The notes under the pieces are model-generated. The model saw nothing but the letters and a program-made list of their open reading frames with translations. It did no database searches and was not told the origin of the DNA. A program made the translations under genes and the position numbers. A stretch of DNA of 62,860 bases, counting the filler, from Pirum gemmata (lineage: Eukaryota), in the NCBI GenBank assembly GCA_002812295.1. It is 20 parts of 20 records of this genome, joined end to end, with 100 filler letters (N's around TTAATTAATTAA, not from the genome) between each part and the next. Parts side by side here need not be neighbours in the genome. Positions count along the whole stretch, not along the records: positions 1 to 2,904 come from PDIN01004120.1; positions 3,005 to 5,919 come from PDIN01004121.1; positions 6,020 to 8,924 come from PDIN01004122.1; positions 9,025 to 11,918 come from PDIN01004123.1; positions 12,019 to 14,923 come from PDIN01004124.1; 15 more parts are not named here. One strand, written 5' to 3'. Positions 1 through 12,249 of this stretch are shown here, piece by piece. Positions within the stretch are counted from its first letter, which is position 1. Each line of letters begins with the position of its first letter.

Positions 1-57
1 ATACTAGTAAAAAAAAATAAAAATAAAACAAACGCTGAAAAAAAAACGAAAAAAAAA

Positions 58-285
58 ATGATGTTTCTACTTTTGCCTGCTTTGTTAATGCAAATCAACG
101 TGGCTAATGCTCAGCCAGCCTACCCTTCCAGAATCCCAAATGGTAAAGGATTTCCTAACCACCAAAGCTAGGGTATGCATTTTACTTTTAATTTTTAGAT
201 ATTTATTATATAATATAACAATTACTATATATTGATATCATATATAGTTTTTTATTTTTTTAATAATATATTGTTTGTTGATGTT
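58..285 (+). pseudogene. Inverted partial copy (exon 1 + part of intron 1) of the temptin/monooxygenase gene
   Basis: Near-identical to the reverse complement of ~2690-2883 (MMFLLLPALLMQINVANAQPAYPSRIPNGKGFPNHQS*). A 1-nt deletion gives TAG at 169-171, and exon 2 is absent. Confidence 0.8.
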
Positions 286-332
286 AGTCTAGCTTTTTTT
301 TGTTTATCAACATTCAATAATGACGTCATGTG

Positions 333-754
333 TAGTAGTGTAGTTGTAGTAGTAGAAGTAATAATAGTAGTAGTGGTAGTAGTAGTAACAACAACAGTAA
401 CAGCAGTAACAACAACAACAACAACAACAACAATAACAACAACAAACAACAGTAGTAATAGTAGTAATAATAGTAGTAGTAGTAGTAGTAGTAGTAATAG
501 TAGTAATAATAATAACAATAGAAGTCAGCAGCAGGGTTAGGGTTAGGGCTAGCAAATTATAATCATTCAAAATAATTTTATTCTCTGATATTTAATTAAT
601 GTTATTATTTTAAACCGAAAACTAATTATAATTAACAAAAGGAAAAATACATACTAAAAAACAACAATGAACCAGTTAATGCAATAGTAGTTGTAGTAGT
701 AGAAGTAATAATAGTAGTAGTGGTAGTAGTAGTAAAAACAACAGTAACAGCAGT

Positions 755-789
<35 letters not shown>

Positions 790-794
790 ACAAC

Positions 795-834
<40 letters not shown>

Positions 835-1041
835 ATAGTAGTAGTAGTAGTAGAATAATAATAACAATAGAAGTCAGCAGCAGGGTTAGGGTTAGGGCTA
901 GCAAATTATAATCATTCAAAATAATTTTATTCTCTGATATTTAATTTTAATGTTATTATTTTAAACCGAAAACTAATTATAATTAACAAAAGGAAAAATA
1001 CATACTAAAAAACCACAATGAACCAGTTAATGCAATAGTAG
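333..1041. repeat. ~350-bp tandem duplication including the last ~20 codons of the monooxygenase
   Basis: Blocks such as GAAGTCAGCAGCAGGGTTAGGGTTAGGGCTAGC (~521 and ~870) and TTAACAAAAGGAAAAATACATAC (632 and 983) occur twice. Confidence 0.85.
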
Positions 1042-2883
1042 TACTTTCACTTGGTGTGTGGTGTGGTGTGGATGTTTTTGTTGACGCTGCATGTCCTTTT
1101 GTGGATGTTTGTGTTGATGCTACATGTACTTGTTGAGTTTTAACTATACTAAATGCTGATTGAAGTTCTTTTTCTTTATCAGCGTTACAAACCATGTCCT
1201 TATCTAAGGCATACATGTTAGGTTTTAAGTAGTTTTTAAAGTAACCTCCCATACCATCACGTAATTCCTTTTTCACGTCAGTTTGGTCTTGTTTCATTAT
1301 TTCAAAATAAAAAAAAGCATTCATCGGGTTTTGAGGCGCATAAATATTACCAAAAAAACTACACATTTCGTTATTGGTAGCAAAACCATTTAAGATAGGC
1401 TCATCGTGAGATTTGTAAACACAGTGTTGAGTTATAACCGTGTCTTTGTAAATTCTTTGGGATTTGGTGTCATTTTGTGGAAATACAAACAGGTATGGCT
1501 CAAGGTATGAATAATCATCATAACATGCAATCATTGTTTTATCATTCGTGTGGTTGGTACGAGTGAGTGTAGTCCAGGCTTTTTGTAATTTCCCATGACC
1601 ATGACCAAAAGATTGAAAAATTTCCAAACCTTCTTCGGGTATAAATTCATGCAGAGACTCTGGCACTTTATAACTGAACACGTGTTCAAAGTAATCAGTG
1701 TTAGCGGGCACTTTAAAAGCACTACCATCATAATAATAATCTCTGTTAAATTCTTCTCCAATAAGAAGTAAACCGGATGTCTCATTTTTAATTTTTTCTA
1801 AATTTTTGTCTACAAATTGTTTAAATATGGTTGCATTGGGTGTTAATGCGCTAAGTGCAGCAATACTGTTAGAGATTTTAAAATCTTTCGGTGCTTTTTT
1901 AGCAGGAAATAAACCTAACTCAAGAGCAGAGTTATCAATTAAGCCTTGTTCTTTGGTGGGATTGTTGTAGTGAGTCTCTATGACAAAAACGGAAGTAGAG
2001 TCTTGGTCTATTAGTATCCCCTGGTTATTAGGAAAACACTGTTGTTTTTGGCCAGTCTGAGTACCCGTAAGAGTGGTACATCCCTCATCTATTGTTGCTC
2101 TTTCTACCTCCCAACCAATCAACTTTTCAGCATAGTGATCTTTAGGGCATATATGAATAATCACATGATGATGATGACCATTGTTATCAATAAAAGGTTT
2201 AACTGAAGTCAAATAAAGGGATTCTGTGGTGCCCATAAATTCAGTTAAATTGAAATAACGAAAAATATAAGTGGTTTCTTGAGCAGGAATGGCAAAGTCC
2301 TTTGTTAGGGTTGCATTTTTATAAAAATGACCAGAGTATTGTTTTTCGTTAACACAATCTCTTTGTCGTCTTTCTTCGGTGGTCATTGTTTCGTTTAGTT
2401 TTGTTGAAGGTTGTGAACCTGGGTTGGCAATGGACGGATCCGTGATACCTCCAGCTGGGTTAGGATTAGTATCCCCTTGTTTCCAAGTACAGTTAGGATC
2501 TCCTAATTCTGCACCGTTGGTTATTTTATCTCCATCAGAATCTTGTTCGCAAAATGTTTTAGTCCATTTATGACCAGCTTCAGCAAAATCTTTTCCGAAT
2601 TGATTATTCACGACTTGTGTATCATCCAAATGGCTAATAATAATATTATTAAAAATAATAATAAAAAAGTTAATTAATTTTAATTAAAACATCAACAAAC
2701 AATATAAATTAAAACTATGTTATGATATCAATAATAAATATCTAAAAATTAAAAGTAAAATGCATACCCTAATCTTTGGTGGTTAGGAAATCCGTTACCG
2801 TTTGGGATTCTGGAAGGGTAGGCTGGCTGAGCATTAGCCACGTTGATTTGCATTAACAAAGCAGGCAAAAGTAGAAACATCAT
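983..2883 (-). CDS. Secreted temptin-domain + copper type II ascorbate-dependent monooxygenase (DBH/MOXD1/PHM family); exons 2883-2768 and 2633-983
   Basis: GT-AG intron 2767-2634 joins in frame (RLG/HLDD). Signal peptide present. Temptin motif IPNG..GH..N.FG.DF..G..WT...C..DSDGD..TNG.ELGDP.C.W. CuH ligands HHHH and ETHYNNP, CuM ligands HGH and NEMC. S/T-rich linker and hydrophobic C-terminus (GPI-like). Confidence 0.9.
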
Positions 2884-2904
2884 TTTTTTTTTCGTTTTTT
2901 TTTC

Positions 2905-3003
2905 NNNNNNNNNNNNNNNNNNNNNNNNNNNNNNNNNNNNNNNNNNNNTTAATTAATTAANNNNNNNNNNNNNNNNNNNNNNNNNNNNNNNNNNNNNNNN
3001 NNN
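2905..3003. other. Artificial scaffold linker (N-run + TTAATTAATTAA + N-run); first of 19
   Basis: The same ~100-nt six-frame-stop spacer starts at 2905, 5920, 8925, 11919, 14924, 17958, 20975, 23993, 28103, 32269, 35277, 38293, 41326, 44344, 47355, 50397, 55273, 58302 and 61318. Sequences on either side are not genomic neighbours. Confidence 0.97.
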
Positions 3004-3590
3004 NGTTGTTTGTTGTTTGTTGTTTTTTGTTTTTTGTTTGTTGTTTGTTGTTTTTTGTTTGTTGTGTGTTGTGTGTTGTTTGTTGTTTCTCGTTAATTAT
3101 TATCATTATTATGTAATGAAAATAGGAAACATTAAAGGAATTATACGAACCATCTCGTGGTCAGTTTGTTACTGGTGGGGTATCTGCTACAATAACAAAT
3201 TTTTTAAAAAATGTATGGTTTTACTTTTGGCTATTTATTGTTTGCTAATGTGTTTTTATTGTAGTTGGTACTTTTAGTTAGTTAATTTCTTGTTTTTGTT
3301 GTTGTTTGTTGTTGTTTGTTGTTGTTTGTTGTTGTTTGTTGTTGTTTGTTGTGGTTTGTTGTTGTTTGTTGTTGTTTGTTGTTGTTTGTGGTTGTTTNNN
3401 NNNNNNNNNNNNNNNNNNNNNNNNNNNNNNNNNNNNNNNNNNNNNTGTGGTTGTTTGTGGTTGTTTGTGGTTGTTTGTGGTTGTTTGTGGTTGTTTGTGG
3501 TTGTTTGTGGTTGTTTGTGGTTGTTTGTGGTTGTTTGTGGTTGTTTGTGGTTGTTTGTTGCTGTTTGTGTTTGTTGTGCTTGTGGTGGTG
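3004..3590. repeat. GT-rich microsatellites ((TTGTTTGTTG)n, (TTGTTTGTGG)n)
   Basis: Visible 10-mer arrays, interrupted by a gap and by a short unique stretch. Confidence 0.85.
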
Positions 3591-3606
3591 GTTGATTTTG
3601 CACCAA

Positions 3607-4242
3607 CTACCTCTTGGAATTCAATGTCATGTTTTCTGTCTGTTTATATTCTAATAGGGTAAAAAAAACGGCGAAGAGAAACATGTCACTGCTAATACGT
3701 ATGATTATAAAGATAATAATAATAATAATAATAGTAATAGTAATAGTAATAGTAATAGTAATAGTAATAATAATAATAAAAGAATAATAATAAAATACAA
3801 AAGAAATAAAAAGGTAACCTGCTTGAAGAAGGCCATCCAAATTAGCAACGACAGTTTCGTATTGTTGTTCCGCAGATATTGGATCCACATCAGTCAGAAG
3901 GGCAATGTATATTATTGCTGGTAAATTAATCTGAAAACGAAAACAAACAAACAAACAAACAAGCAAAAAAAAGTAAGAAAAAAAAGCGAAGCAATTCTTA
4001 CTAAACTGGAGAAAAACAGATAAAGTATTTATTATTATCACTATTAACTTAGATATTAACTTTGGTTTTAAAACTATTTTTTTGAAAAATGTGAATATTG
4101 AGTACAATACAAAACAAAGGAATACCGCAAGTAAAAATGCCAAGGAACCGAAGAAATTAAACCACCCATACTTCTTTTGGAAATTTATTTCCCATTGTTC
4201 GTCAGGCTTGACGTCCACTTGTTTATTAGATATAAACGTCAT
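3607..4242 (-). CDS. Hypothetical multi-pass membrane protein, probably spliced; exon structure uncertain
   Basis: ATG at 4242 and hydrophobic segments. A possible intron 4001-3918 (GTAAG..CCAG) keeps the frame; a second donor may lie at 3818 before an ATT/ACT repeat. Confidence 0.45.
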   Translation of the reverse strand: MTFISNKQVDVKPDEQWEINFQKKYGWFNFFGSLAFLLAVFLCFVLYSIFTFFKKIVLKPKLISKLIVIIINTLSVFLQFSKNCFAFFSYFFLLVCLFVCFRFQINLPAIIYIALLTDVDPISAEQQYETVVANLDGLLQAGYLFISFVFYYYSFIIIITITITITITITIIIIIIIFIIIRISSDMFLFAVFFTLLEYKQTENMTLNSKR

Positions 4243-4757
4243 TAATTATTCATAATTTACACGTACAATTAATTGATAAAAAGAAAGAAAATACTACAAC
4301 AGACAGAAGTAAAGAACTCGGAAAGAAAAAAAAAGCTCACAGAAAGCAACTAGTTTTAAATTTTTAAATGATAAGAACAATAATAATACAGAATAAATTG
4401 ATAAGCAATAAGAATCAATAAAACAAGTAAGCAATACAATAAATCAAAAAATAAATTAATACTATTTAATAATAACATAAAATTATTTATTTAAGTGCTT
4501 TATCATCGCATAGTTTTTATAAATGAAATTGCAGTAAAGAATAAAATTGTTTGTACTACTAAGTGTTTTTTTAAAAGTTGTTTTTTTAAATGATAGGTTT
4601 GTATGATAGATAGACTAGTGGTAATAATTTATTTATTGATAATATATTATTATAATATTTATAATCGTATCATAAATTTCAAAGCCAGGAAGAAGAGTCT
4701 TTGGGCCTGACAGTAGATTATTTCTTGTTTTTTTTTTTTTTTAACAGCCAAGCCTGA

Positions 4758-4898
4758 TAAAACTGTAGAAATCTTTTTTTTTTTTTTTTTTTATTTTTTT
4801 TAAAATTTTTTAATAATAACTAGTCAAATTATTTTAAAAACTAGCCATTGGCTCATAATAGAGTTTTCTTAGTTAGACTATTTCTCATATTTTGGTAG
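4758..4898. repeat. Dispersed repeat family E (other copies 15800-15945 and 52779-52888, opposite strand)
   Basis: Shared TCATAATAGAGTTTTCTTAGTTAGAC and AAACTGTAGAAATC blocks on three scaffolds. Confidence 0.75.
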
Positions 4899-6072
4899 CA
4901 CTTTTATTAACATTGGAGCATTTTGTGATTTTTTGGATTTTTGAGCTCATATGGCGGATGTCGCCATTTCTATTCGGGTTGTACTTTAGAAAAAATTTAA
5001 AATTATATGATACACTCTACCTAAAACTGCCCAGCTTTGATGTAAGGTATTAGGTACCACGGTATTTAATTAAATATAAAATTATTATTTCTCCAAAAAT
5101 CCTAAACTGAAATTCTAACCTTTTTTTTTATATATGATATGATAGTAAAAAAAAGAAACACAAAAATAAAATCATTTTTCGAACCTTTCTGATCTAGACT
5201 ACTCTTTTTTTTAAAAAAAAATAGTTGGATGTTTTGTTTTTTTTTTGTAAAAAGTGTAAAAACCTAAAAATTAGTAAAAAATAAATTTATGACATACTAC
5301 TAGATAGACTATACTACTATTATCTTTTTTTTTAAAAAATTAAAAAAAAAAATTTATCATACATGCAAGGAAATTTATCATACATACTTCATACATGCAA
5401 GTCCTTGATACATGATAAAAATTTTTTTTTTTTTTATTAAAAAATCCCTATGTAATACCCTAACCCTATTTAACCCTAACACTACCCTATTTGTTAATTA
5501 ACACCCTAACCCTAACCCTAAAGCATATTCAGCGAATCAGAGATGACTTTATATGACGTCATCATAATAAAACCTCTATACCTTCAGTAAGTTTCAGTAT
5601 ACAGAATACCTTCATCATCCCTTCATCATCCCTTCTGCCCTTCATCATCCTAGCTAGCTTCATCATCTGACCTGGCCTATGATGCCGCTATCAGCTTTTT
5701 AGGACTAGTCTATCAGATGAAAAAAAAAATTTTAAAAAGCTTTCATACAATATACAAGTAATATAGGCTTAGCTAACTACTAGTAGTAGCTAATATCTAT
5801 CAATAGTAATATGCGCTATCTAGAAAAAGATGTGTTTAAAAGTGACGTCATTATTTATTATTATTTTAATTATTATTATTATTATTTTAATTATTATTAT
5901 TATTATTTTAATTATTATTNNNNNNNNNNNNNNNNNNNNNNNNNNNNNNNNNNNNNNNNNNNNTTAATTAATTAANNNNNNNNNNNNNNNNNNNNNNNNN
6001 NNNNNNNNNNNNNNNNNNNTTACCCTAACCTTAATTAACCCTAGGCCTATTATTAAACTAACGCTAACGCTA

Positions 6073-6137
6073 CCCTAACCCTAACCCTAACCCTAACCCT
6101 AACCCTAACCCTAACCCTAACCCTAACCCTAACCCTA
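6073..6137. repeat. Telomere-type (CCCTAA)n tract
   Basis: About 10 perfect units, with degenerate units in the flanks. Confidence 0.95.
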
Positions 6138-7086
6138 ATCATATTAAGCCTTAAAACCTTATTATTAAACTAACACTAAAGCTAATCATATTAAACCTAT
6201 TATTAAACTAATGCTAATGCATACTCTGACGCTAACCTCTAACCTGTATTGATTATGAAATTAATACCCTCTTAGCTCTCTTACAATATGAATATATGGG
6301 CTCAGCCATAGTAGTGGAAAGGGGTTTACCCGTTGACATGTTCTATTACTATTTTCTATATATAATCCGATTGTAAACATGGTCCGCCAATGACTAAATC
6401 TTCAGGCGAGATTAATTGCTCTTTTAAAAAAGCCAAAACTAAAGAGTTGCGTCCTAAATTTTCGTCACCATTTTTACCATTTTTATTTCTTTAATCCTCC
6501 ATTGGAGTACGCTTACGCTCTTACCGTTCACAAGGCACAAGGATCTACTTACGATACCGTGTTATATATATAATAAACATATAGTCTAAAACTGTTTTAT
6601 TTATATCATACAGTATATGTGTATATTACAAATTTACAATAAGGGCTAATAGTCTAGCTACTAGAAGCTTCAATTATACTATGGGCGTTCTATGGGTATA
6701 CAGCTGCAGGACTTCACATATAATTTGATATAAGCCAGCACGTAAGTGCACATACTGGGTATAAAAGATTTGGGTTATTTTTTTTTACCTTTTTAAGGTT
6801 TTAAGGGGTTAGGGGGTGGCTGGGGGTTAAGGGGCTGCTTTGGGTTGGACGTTACAGCGTTACTGTGTTTGAAATTTTAAAAAAAAATTAAAAAAAACAG
6901 TTGCCTGTTGCCAGGCTGTACTCCCGCTGTAGCCTGTCGGGAACAGTTTCAAATAGAAAAGCCAATCATAAAACTGAAATGAGCCATTCTTTCAATTAAT
7001 ACGTCAAAAAAAAAAAAATAATAATAAAAAAGAAAAAAAAATTGTTATTGCACATTCAACCAGTATTCAACCAGCATATTTAAAAT

Positions 7087-7259
7087 GTTTTGTCATTATA
7101 AAATATACAATAAATAGTACCAAATTAATACATTATAAATCCATTTAATTTAATTTGGTATATATTATTATAATCTATGTATTGATTAAATTGTCAATTC
7201 AAATATCATAACCTTCCAAATAAATATTCAGAGTGACAAAATAAATGAAAAGCACGATA
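7087..7259. mobile_element. MITE family A copy, one end missing
   Basis: Ends in TGAAAAGCACGATA; body matches the copies at 16154, 22686, 51426 and 53288. Confidence 0.75.
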
Positions 7260-7559
7260 TCATAATAATATCATACACAATACTGTATACATATATAATT
7301 ATATATTTACTATTTTGGACCTATTTAAATCTAATAAAATAGTAATTAACATAATTAATATAGTAATATTTGACATATTTTTTGATATTTTTAGTAGAAG
7401 TTAAGACTTTTATTATAACTGCAAATTCTGCAATAATTGTATTTATTTATGAATATCTTTCTAAAAAAACATGTTCACTGTGTAACTAGCTAGGCTGTGC
7501 GATATGATGTACGAGTTACTACTAGACTGTCTAGCCAGTGTAAACGGAAAAGCTACTAC

Positions 7560-7657
7560 TATAGTAATAGTAATATTAATAGTAATAGTAATAGTAATAG
7601 TAATAGTAATAGTAATAGTAATAGTAATAGTAATAGTAATAGTAATAGTAATAGTAA
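7560..7657. repeat. (AGTAAT)n microsatellite
   Basis: Visible hexamer array. Confidence 0.95.
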
Positions 7658-8589
7658 TGCTAGAGGGAAAGTGCAGCCCAGCAACAGGTCTAATCATATA
7701 TCAGCCGCTAGACCTAATTAGTCTTGCGTAAAGTTATTGCCAATATTTGGGGTTTGCTTGTAAACACCATTAAATTGGAACCCAGAACTGTAAATTAACA
7801 GAAACAGTTATAAGAAAAGCATTGATAATACAGTTAAAATCTTTGTCAACACAATACTGATGTCATTAACAGGAACAGTTATTAATATAATAAAAGCATT
7901 GATAATACAGTTAAAATCTTTGTCAACACAATACTGATGTCATTTTATATAAATGGTCAAGACACCGTACAATCACTTATTACTACCTCCCCCTCTAAAT
8001 TTCTCGGTAGCAGCTTGGACTACCAAAATACAACGAATGGGTACAGCTTTAAAATTTAAAGGTATATCTATTAAATTAAATCAATTACAACTATTGCTGG
8101 ATCCAATTAACACATAAACTTGTGTACGGAAATTTAATTATAAACATTCAATTAATAATGATGTTTTCAATTGCCCTTACTGTAATCAAACATCTTTTCT
8201 TACTGTAAATTGAACAAACAAATAGTCAGTTTACCATACCATATATATATTTACTTGGTCTATAACCAGTAAATTATCAACATCTAATATTAGGTAACAA
8301 TAGTGGTCATATTCCACAACACTTCCACAAGCATCTGGCAATATATTACTCAGGGTGTCAAACTTTTGGATGTTTAAGATTCTCAACAAAATCTCTAACA
8401 ACAAAAATACAAAAAACACTTATGTGTTTTTAAACACAAAATGCGCGAACTCAAAGACTTAGTTTATAACCAACAACTACAAGAATGTCCTAGTATATCC
8501 TTATGAATGTATATTTAACACTATATATTAATATATACTTTTCAATATAATACCTTAACCTTATCAACTAAGCAAATACATGTAATTAA

Positions 8590-8668
8590 TCCTAACCCTA
8601 ACCTTAACCCTAACCCTAACCCTAACCCTAACCCTAACCCTAACCCTAACCCTAACCCTAACCCTAAC
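8590..8668. repeat. Interstitial (CCCTAA)n tract
   Basis: About 13 units with unique sequence on both sides; the flanks share CAACTAAGCAA. Confidence 0.95.
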
Positions 8669-9043
8669 CAACTAAGCAACTACATGATGACTACATTCAT
8701 TATAATTAATAACATATATTTTCTAATAATAAAGATTTATTAAAAAAAAAAGGCAGTCCGAAAGTTACATTTTTCAAGCGAAAAAATTGAATGACTTGTA
8801 GTGAAATTCGAAAAATTTAATTTAAATTTGTATTTTTAATTTAGTTTGAAAATAGCTTTGAAAATGGTACTACTACTACTACTACTACCACTACTTCTAC
8901 TACTTCTACTACTACTACTACTACNNNNNNNNNNNNNNNNNNNNNNNNNNNNNNNNNNNNNNNNNNNNTTAATTAATTAANNNNNNNNNNNNNNNNNNNN
9001 NNNNNNNNNNNNNNNNNNNNNNNNATATAATAAATCGTTATAT

Positions 9044-9085
<42 letters not shown>

Positions 9086-9508
9086 GTATTATATTATTAT
9101 TATAATTGAGATATGGGTTTTTGTGGCTTAGACTAGCTTTTTTGAAGCTCAAAATTATATTCTACTCCGATATTTTCATATCTAGAAAAATACTCTTAGA
9201 CCAATCCTTAGACTTATTTTCATATAAAAATTAAATGAACATCTTTGATTGAAAATAATTAAAATTGACCAATAAAATTGTTTTATTTAAAATTTTAATT
9301 GTGCATTTTTAATTTTTTTTGGCTGGAAAATGGATCTAGCTCTCAGAGCTAGATCCATCAAAAAAAAAAACCGATGTAGCTCTGAGAGCTACAAAATATA
9401 CCGAGGGTTAAAAAAAAAATANNNNNNNNNNNNNNNNNNNNNNNNNNNNNNNNNNNNNNNNNNNNNNNNNNNNNNNNNNNNNNNNNNNNNNNNNNNNNNN
9501 NNNNNNNN

Positions 9509-9574
9509 AGTACCGCTACCCATACCACTAAGCTATCTAGCGCTAGATAGCTTAGTGGTATGGGTAGCGGTACT
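9509..9574. repeat. Perfect 66-bp palindrome
   Basis: AGTACCGCTACCCATACCACTAAGCTATCTAGC followed directly by its reverse complement. Confidence 0.95.
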
Positions 9575-10137
9575 CAAATGTGACAAACCATGAGTATTTT
9601 CCATGAACAGTAGTATAGACTCTATAGAGTAAGACTCAATTGCTAATCATATCCGCTAAATCAGTCTTTTGTTTACCTAAACCAGGGATAAATATTCTTT
9701 TATTGTTTTTTATTTTTTTTTTTTTCAAGTGGTTTCGTCAACATACATAACCCCTGCATGGCACTATAACCCAATTTTAATAAAAAATAGCTGAAATTTT
9801 AGCATTTTTCAAGCAAAACAAGGTTAATTGTTAATGAAACTTTACTTATTAAGACAGTAAATGTTAGGAGAAGAGAAGTTCCCTCATACTTTAGTAATGT
9901 GAGTTTTAAACCGATGTGTCTGGAAAGTTGGTTACCCCATGTACCTTTGACAGCTCTTTGACTAAGGCATAAAAACCGTTCTCACAAACAAACATAATCA
10001 GTGTTGCAAGGGAAAAGAGAGAATCATAATGTAAACTTCAAAATTTCTTTCCTTCTTGATGTCACACTATAAACATCTTACAAAGTGAAAAAGATCATAG
10101 GAGAGAAAAACATACCCTGGAATTTTATTCATAGATT

Positions 10138-10286
10138 CCACGCTCATATGAGAAAGGTTTTGCTACTGTTTATGTTCTCATAGAGTACATTATTAATGTA
10201 GAAAGGATGAAGAAATTAAATATCAAAATTGATGAGCATTGGAAGGGGAATTATCATATAATGAATATAACATCAACATCAACATC

Positions 10287-10385
<99 letters not shown>

Positions 10386-10895
10386 ACAACAACAGCAAAA
10401 CAATAAAAATAAAACCAATTTGCATAGAATTACACAAAGCATAGATTCGTGTATGGTGTGAATGTGGAAATGGCATTGACGGAAGGTGTACTCATGGTGC
10501 AGCATTAATTTATTCTATACATTACATTTCCAGATGTTCACTTGATGCTGCAAAGCACGTTACCTGCACCAGTCTTTTACAAAAGTGGAGTCAAAACGTT
10601 GGAGAAGCAGCTAGTTTAAAAACACCTTTGCATGAATTCGACTTCCTGACGAACGCATTGTAGAAGAAACTGAACACATTGTCGAGGACAAAGATTCAGA
10701 CTTAGATATTAATCTAGATGATAATGATGACACAGATGATGAACAAGACAGGGGCAATGAAAGCAATAATGAACATGAACACAAAAGCAATAAAAGAAAA
10801 CGCACGTTAAAAATAGGTGTAAAACAGAAAAGAGAATCACTTTATATTAAGGTGACTGATGAATTGAAAGAGCTCAATGATAATTATTTGTTTTA
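10138..10895 (+). pseudogene. Frameshifted SWIM zinc-finger ORF relic, probably transposon-derived
   Basis: 10448-10663 reads RVWCECGNGIDGRCTHGAALIY...VTCTSLLQKW (CxC-x7-CxH followed by CTS.LQ.W). An acidic tail follows in another frame, and an (ACA)n tract interrupts the ORF upstream. Confidence 0.65.
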
Positions 10896-12249
10896 AGTGA
10901 TGGTTGTACTAATAACAGTTGATTAAAGTATATTTAATGCATTATATTCTACTAATAAATACTAATAAAATTTACTACTAAAAAAAACAAAAAAAAAAAA
11001 AAACCAAATTCAGTAGGCTTGGATTTTTTTCTGCTTTTTCACTCATTGAAGATTTGTGGTTAAAATAATTTTTTTGTGTTAGGGGCCATTAAGCTAAGTG
11101 TTTTAATTGGTGGTGGATAGAGACTCTAGGCTGTCCTTGACTCGGAGCCTCGGAGGTCCTTGACTCCTTGACTCCTTGTCCTTGTGAGCCCTTGTTAGTA
11201 TTTAGTAGACTCTATACGAATCAGAGTCGAATCAGCTTTCACAAATTACCTGTGTCCCCTAGCTAGTTTGGCTGATAGGCTGATTAGGCTCTAGTTTTTT
11301 ACATTCAGAAAGAAAAAAGGCTTTTAAAAAGGGAAATATCCAAGTCTACCGTCCAGTCTGTCCACAGTGTCCTGGGGCTCCTGACCAGTCACTAGACTCT
11401 ATACGAATCAGAGTCGAATCAGCTTTCACAAACTACCTATATATAGATAAATATGTAGAAATATAAATATCTGCATGATACTAGTCTACTGGTCTAAAGA
11501 AAATCCTCGAGAAAATCCTAGAAAGAAACTGATAGTATCGTAGAAAGAAAATCCTTGAAAGAAAACCATGCAAAACATGTTATAATTAAATTTACAATAA
11601 TAATATATCTTTTTTTATTAGAAAACATGTTTTTTAACTAATTACATATAGCTACCTAGTTAATATGGTTTAGTAAGGGTACCGTATTGAAAGGTAGATT
11701 GTAAAATATACTCTCATAAGAATATTCTTGTAGTTTTTGATTACAAACTAAGTTCTTGTATTATGTGTTTATTAATTAAAAACACATATTGTTTGTTGTA
11801 TTTTTGTTGTTATAGTTTTTGTTAGTCTTAATTGATTTGTAAACTAATTAGAGAGGTTCAATAACTTATAATTATTATCAAAAACCAATTTGTAAACTAC
11901 CACGGATAAACGGGTTTGNNNNNNNNNNNNNNNNNNNNNNNNNNNNNNNNNNNNNNNNNNNNTTAATTAATTAANNNNNNNNNNNNNNNNNNNNNNNNNN
12001 NNNNNNNNNNNNNNNNNNTAGAGTTAGGGTTAGAGTTAGGGTTAGGGTTAGGGTTGGGTAAAATGTATGTTGTTTTGTATGATGTTGTCAAAAGTTTAAT
12101 CCATTTTCTGTCTTTTTTTTTTTGTGGTTATAGGGAAAGTGGTTTCAAAACACTCCAATCTTGAAAAAGTATTAACATTGTAAAATTAAAAATCAAATGA
12201 CGTCACGAACATCTGTTATTTTTCCACGTACTCGGTAGATCGAGGAAAA

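Noticed and set aside
232..919. Short poly-L/T/V/C ORFs, and similar ones at 3017-3662, 7461-7731, 15146-15431, 18517-18784 and 57743-58039
   Set aside because: Microsatellite translations with no other coding signal.
2949..2960. Recurrent TTAATTAATTAA as a biological motif at ~3-kb period
   Set aside because: Always centred in N-runs; it is a six-frame stop linker.
6020..6137. True chromosome ends or nanochromosomes
   Set aside because: Telomeric tracts are mostly internal with unique flanks, and the uniform scaffold size is better explained by how the assembly was ordered.
7938..8118. Coding-like MSFYINGQDTVQSL...WTTKIQ fragment
   Set aside because: Short, surrounded by stops and a local duplication; no family could be assigned.
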